Below, in pieces: positions 38,211-42,564 of a stretch of 42,564 nucleotides of DNA (positions within the stretch are counted from its first letter, which is position 1; each line of letters begins with the position of its first letter). Made by a program: the position numbers and the translations under genes. Source of the stretch: an uncultured Verrucomicrobiales bacterium (GTDB lineage: Bacteria; Verrucomicrobiota; Verrucomicrobiia; Verrucomicrobiales; DEV007). Location of the stretch: NCBI GenBank assembly GCA_938091905.1, contig CALKOM010000202.1, forward strand, positions 1 through 42,564, given 5' to 3'. The notes below the pieces were generated by a model that searched no databases, was not told where the DNA came from, and was given only the letters and a program-made list of their open reading frames with translations.

Positions 38211-41200
38211 CAGACTATCTTGAACAGCTCCAACGCCTGACACCACGCCAACGCGAGGCAATAGCAGCACGACTAGGCGCGCCATCAACCGGACGGAAAC
38301 GCCTCGTTGCCTACATTGCTGGATCCACCAATGTCGAAGCCATCGAGCAGCAACTCGCCCAGCAATTGCCCCGTCATGCCCTTCCGGAGGCCATCATTCC
38401 CCTAGAAACCCTACCTAAAACGCCCAATGGGAAGATAGACCGGCGCAAGCTAACTGAACCCTCCTCGAACACGAGTTCCATTCCCAATCAGGAGAGCCCG
38501 AAATCTCCCCTCGAGAGCCAACTATCTTCAATCTGGGCCGAAGTCCTCCAGCTGCCCGAGGTCGGCATCCATGATGATTTCTACCGACTCGGCGGCGACT
38601 CCATTCTCAGCATCCAAGTTGTTTCCAAAGCCGCACAGGCCGGGCTCACCGTCTCGATGAAGCAGTTCTTGGAGCATCGAACCATCGCCGAACTCGCATC
38701 GGCCTTGGAAGATCGCCCCCACTCATCCCCCCGCACCGCAACCGATGTCTCTGAGAAGTTTGGCCCGGTGCCTCTAACACCGATTCAACACTGGTTCTTC
38801 TCGTGCGAATTCGAAAAACCTCAGCAATGGAATCAAGAGATTCTACTAGAGCTGCCTTCCAACATCACGAAGAGCGATCTCACAAAAGCCTTCAGCGAAC
38901 TGAGTCGCCACTACGACAGTCTTCGTGCCACCTTCACCCGGCAAGGTTCGGAATGGACAAGCACGATTCTTGAGCAGCCAACGGGTGACATCGTCTCAGA
39001 AGCAAGCAGTCTAGCCAATGCCTATCAGATTCATTCTGAGCTCCACCTTGAAACCGCTAAGCTACTCAAAGCCGTCTTCCTACCCAAGGATCAACAGCTA
39101 TTCATCGCGGCCCACCACCTCGCCGTCGATCATGTGACCTGGGGAGTCTTGCTAGACGGGCTAGCCACGTTGCTAAAAGGCCAACCGCTACCGCGAGTCG
39201 TCACTCCATTCTATTCCTGGGCCAGCCATCTGCAAACTAAGCCTGACTCCTGGCAGAACGAAGCGCCGTTCTGGAATCGCATGCTTCAGGGACGCGGAGA
39301 TCTTCCCCTCGATGGGCCCGATCCCACATCAACACCAACCGAAGCAGCTAGCAAGGTTCACAGCCAATCGCTGACCCCAGAGCAAACAGCCCACCTTCTA
39401 TCACGCACATCCGAAGCTGACTGTCAACTACCAGAGGTATTGCTAACAGGCATCCTTCAGTCTCTTGATGACTGGGTCGGCGAAGAAACGGCTTGGCGTT
39501 TCGGCATTGAGAACCACGGGCGACATCCTTACGAAGACTATCCTGACGTTTCGCAAACGGCCGGCTGGTTCACGGCCTATCATCAAGTCACCTTTGACCG
39601 ATCATCGCTGCCGTCGGTCGCGGATCGACTTCGAGAAATACCCAACCACGGACTCGGATTTGGCATCCTACGCTATCTAGCCGAGCCACCAGCCTTGGCG
39701 GCGACCAAAGACTCACAGATCCTCTTCAACTATCTCGGTCACCATCGAAACAGGTCTTCTCTCAAACGTCTTGAGGTTGACAGCGGCCACGCTAGATCCT
39801 CACGCAATCACCGAAGCCATTTGCTAGAGATCAACGCCAGCATTCTAGAAAGCCGGCTTTTTTTGGACTGGCACTACAGCCCAGCCCACCTACAACCCAC
39901 ATCGGTGGAGCAACTAGCCAACGGGTTCGAGCAAGCAGTGACTCAGTTAGCCGCCACCACCCAACGTCGGCAGTTCCCGCTCACACCCACTCAGCAGAGC
40001 CTCCTCTTCCATCACCTGCAAGAGCCCGACCAAGACGCAGGTCGTCTCTTGGTCACATTCATCCTTGAAGGCAAACTCGACATCTCGCGATTAGAGCTCG
40101 CATGGAAACAGCTTATACACCGACACGAAGCGCTTCGAACCACGATCAACTGGCAGAGTTCAGAAGAAGAACCTTGCCAACAAGTCCACAAAGAGTCTCC
40201 GTTCCATCTTGATAAAGGGGACAAGTTCAGCGCAAGCATGGAATTGGACCGCTTGCCAACGATGCGAGTTTCCGTCGAGGAAATCGTTTCCGGCCACCAT
40301 CGCGTGCACTGGCTTTGTCACCACATCTTTCTGGATGGCTGGTCCGCGTCACTACTATGTCAGGAACTCTTGCTAGCCTATGACGATAAGGCATTGACCC
40401 TTCAAGAAGCCCCTCAGTTTGAGACCTACACACGAGCTCTCGCAACCATTCCGACCGGCGATTCTCAAGCGTATTGGAAAGCGCATCTCCGCAACGCCCC
40501 AACCGTGGGCACATTCTCAATTCCAGAGGACGCACCGATTACCCGCCTGACCCGCCTTTCCTCTGAGTCCTCCAAAGCACTGACAACGACGGCAGAAGAA
40601 CTCGGCGTCACCGTCTCAACCATCGTCCAAGTCGCTTGGGCCCTCTCCATGGCTCGCTTTAGGAGCACTGACAGTGTCGTCATTGGAAACGCCGTGTCCG
40701 GCCGAGCCGTACCACTGCCAGACATCCAGAGTCTTGTAGGCCTCTGCGCTAATACTTGTCCATTCCACGTACGTTGGACACCCACCACAAAGATAGGAGA
40801 CTTAATCGTGGAAAGTCACCAGGCCAAGCTTCAAGGCATTCCCCATGAGCACGTCCCACTAGCAACCATCCAAGACTGGCTCGGCCTTTCGCCGTCCGAA
40901 GTCCTGTTCGAGTGCTTGTTGATGATTGCCAACTATCCCCAAGCGGACGCGGACGACAGAAGCCTATCCATCACAGAGTTCGAAGGCCCCATCACCTCTG
41001 TGTATCCTATCACCCTGGTCGTAGAACCGGGGGAAAGTTTCGCTCTAAAGTGGTTCTGCCAATCCCGCTGGCAAACCCAGCTCTCATGGTTTCAAGAAAG
41101 CTTTGAGGCCAGTCTGGAAGGATGCCTTGCAGATCATTCTCATCTAGCTGGTCAACTTGCCAGCAGTCTACCAGATCCGCCCGCCGTAGAACCATCGAAA

Positions 41201-42220
41201 GCCCCTAGCCAAAGCAATCGCAAAGACCGCCCAAACGATCGTACCGAGGATTTCATCTCGAGTCTTTGGCAGGAACTCTTCATGATCGATGACGTTGATC
41301 GCGATAGCTCCTTTCGCGCCCTCGGTGGTTCATCCCTCATGGCAGCAAAGCTGACCACCCGGCTTGGAGCAGCCTTTCAAACACGGCTCCCACTCGACTT
41401 CGTCTTCAAGCATCCCACGATCGCCAAGATGGCCTCAGCCATGCAGCACGGGGAGCACTCGATGACTTGGCCCATCGTTGTACCCATTCGCACCGAAGGT
41501 CCCCAGCCTCCGCTGTTTGTCATTCACGGCTTGGGCGGTGGCGTTTATGACTTCTTCGATTGGAAAGCGTACCTCCCCGAAAAACACCCAATCTACGGCC
41601 TCCAAGCGCCGATCACTCCACTCGAGAATCTCGAAGCCATTGCCTCGTCCTACGTCACCGAGATCAAGAAAGTTCAGCCCCGTGGTCCCTATCATTTTTC
41701 CAGCTTCTGCTTTGGTGCTGCCGTGGGCTATGAAATGGCCTATCAGCTAGAGCAACAGGGAGAGACCGTCGCCTACTTCAATGTGATCGACAGTATTCTT
41801 CCCTCTCAAAGTCCAAGCCAAGGACGCTACCTTCGATCCATGCTGAGGCAAAGCAGTGTGGAAGAGCTCTATCAACGTTTCAAACATTTTCTCCGACGTT
41901 CCATACGCTTGGTTACCAAAGGCACCTTCGCCGCACCTCGGGCCGCCGATCAGGAAGGGTATCCTTTAGCCTATAAGGCGACGGCGGAAACGCACACTCG
42001 AGCTCTCGATGCCTACAAACCAAAGGGAGCGCTAGCAGGAAGTATTCATTTGATACGCTCTCAGTCTCAGCTTGCAAAAGTTGACCCCACCTTGGGCTGG
42101 GAATCACTTTGCGAAGATCTTACCGTCCACGTGATCGCGTGTGAACACCATGAAATCTTCTACTCGAACCACACCGCACAGATCACGGCCTTGGTGACTG
42201 AGGCCTTGATGGCCAAGTAA
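38207..42220 (+). CDS. NRPS 3: A-subdomain remainder (A9-A10) - T - E - C - T - TE
   Basis: KRLVAYI..LPRHALP..LPKTPNGKIDRRKL; T GGDSI; E HHLAVD, ENHGRH, TAGWFT, FNYLG; C HHIFLDGWS; T GGSSL; TE HGLGGG..GPYHFSSFCFGA..AY. ATGA overlap with NRPS 2. Confidence 0.92.
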   Translation: MTDYLEQLQRLTPRQREAIAARLGAPSTGRKRLVAYIAGSTNVEAIEQQLAQQLPRHALPEAIIPLETLPKTPNGKIDRRKLTEPSSNTSSIPNQESPKSPLESQLSSIWAEVLQLPEVGIHDDFYRLGGDSILSIQVVSKAAQAGLTVSMKQFLEHRTIAELASALEDRPHSSPRTATDVSEKFGPVPLTPIQHWFFSCEFEKPQQWNQEILLELPSNITKSDLTKAFSELSRHYDSLRATFTRQGSEWTSTILEQPTGDIVSEASSLANAYQIHSELHLETAKLLKAVFLPKDQQLFIAAHHLAVDHVTWGVLLDGLATLLKGQPLPRVVTPFYSWASHLQTKPDSWQNEAPFWNRMLQGRGDLPLDGPDPTSTPTEAASKVHSQSLTPEQTAHLLSRTSEADCQLPEVLLTGILQSLDDWVGEETAWRFGIENHGRHPYEDYPDVSQTAGWFTAYHQVTFDRSSLPSVADRLREIPNHGLGFGILRYLAEPPALAATKDSQILFNYLGHHRNRSSLKRLEVDSGHARSSRNHRSHLLEINASILESRLFLDWHYSPAHLQPTSVEQLANGFEQAVTQLAATTQRRQFPLTPTQQSLLFHHLQEPDQDAGRLLVTFILEGKLDISRLELAWKQLIHRHEALRTTINWQSSEEEPCQQVHKESPFHLDKGDKFSASMELDRLPTMRVSVEEIVSGHHRVHWLCHHIFLDGWSASLLCQELLLAYDDKALTLQEAPQFETYTRALATIPTGDSQAYWKAHLRNAPTVGTFSIPEDAPITRLTRLSSESSKALTTTAEELGVTVSTIVQVAWALSMARFRSTDSVVIGNAVSGRAVPLPDIQSLVGLCANTCPFHVRWTPTTKIGDLIVESHQAKLQGIPHEHVPLATIQDWLGLSPSEVLFECLLMIANYPQADADDRSLSITEFEGPITSVYPITLVVEPGESFALKWFCQSRWQTQLSWFQESFEASLEGCLADHSHLAGQLASSLPDPPAVEPSKAPSQSNRKDRPNDRTEDFISSLWQELFMIDDVDRDSSFRALGGSSLMAAKLTTRLGAAFQTRLPLDFVFKHPTIAKMASAMQHGEHSMTWPIVVPIRTEGPQPPLFVIHGLGGGVYDFFDWKAYLPEKHPIYGLQAPITPLENLEAIASSYVTEIKKVQPRGPYHFSSFCFGAAVGYEMAYQLEQQGETVAYFNVIDSILPSQSPSQGRYLRSMLRQSSVEELYQRFKHFLRRSIRLVTKGTFAAPRAADQEGYPLAYKATAETHTRALDAYKPKGALAGSIHLIRSQSQLAKVDPTLGWESLCEDLTVHVIACEHHEIFYSNHTAQITALVTEALMAK

Positions 42221-42449
42221 AGAAATAGGGAAACCTGCACCAACGTTCAATCGCCAAAAGGGCCAACGGTCCCAGGATCCCTACCAGTATTCCGAGGGGA
42301 AAGTGGATCTCCGGCTGCCACAGGCCAAGTTTAGTCAGGACGGTTCGCAAGATCGTGTGGGCTACGAAGATGGCCAGCGACGCTTGCCCGAGTACCTGAA
42401 TGAGCTTCCCCCATGGTACACGCCCTAGTACCCAGCGGCGTAAGTTCGT
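42183..42449 (-). pseudogene. C-terminal remnant of a membrane O-acyltransferase (acyltransferase family 3-like)
   Basis: Translated by hand: ..KLIQVLGQASLAIFVAHTILRTVLTKLGLWQPEIHFPLGILVGILGPLALLAIERWCRFPYFFTWP..stop. Preceded by an in-frame TAA (42450-42452) with no ATG. Confidence 0.55.
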
Positions 42450-42564
42450 TTAAATAGTAGGGATAAAGATTGCGGAAATTATATGGAAGTAAGGCTTGTA
42501 CCTCGGAATTCTAGCATTATCTTTCAGCGGTCGCGCAGACCCGTGAAAAAACTGCAGATTCCAC

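Noticed and set aside
1..42564. CRISPR arrays, IS elements, integrases, rRNA
   Set aside because: No regularly spaced short repeats, transposase or integrase motifs, or rRNA-like sequence were seen.

Overview
Bacterial chromosome window, probably Verrucomicrobiota/PVC. This is inferred from the DUF1800-DUF1501 pair, the LTD-CotH surface protein with a DxDGDG/LEY..G.NP C-terminal domain, the TGS-less ThrS, and pyrimidine-rich leaders without Shine-Dalgarno sites. The left half holds a minus-strand DUF1800-DUF1501-large surface protein operon; its third gene (>1082 aa) is missing from the ORF track because it runs off the window. Next come a decayed 1.5 kb region, tRNA-Pro(UGG), thrS-infC-pdxH, a secreted esterase, an LTD/CotH/beta-helix protein, xseA, an aldehyde dehydrogenase and a GT4 glycosyltransferase. 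The right half (23184-42220) is a tightly coupled ~19 kb NRPS operon with an unusual architecture. It encodes a HupE/UreJ protein, a membrane protein, a RapL-like cyclodeaminase and a PltE/PltF/PltL-like dehydrogenase/adenylation/carrier starter cassette. Three NRPS genes follow: C-A(Asn code, interrupted by an AlbIV/CysH-like SGGKDS domain)-T-E; C-A with a GAMT-like methyltransferase, the A domain being split across two genes; and Asub-T-E-C-T-TE(Cys). The inferred product is a short peptide capped with an oxidised pipecolate or proline and containing D-beta-cyanoalanine or isoasparagine plus a methylated D-residue. All calls come from reading motifs by eye; no database searches were run.
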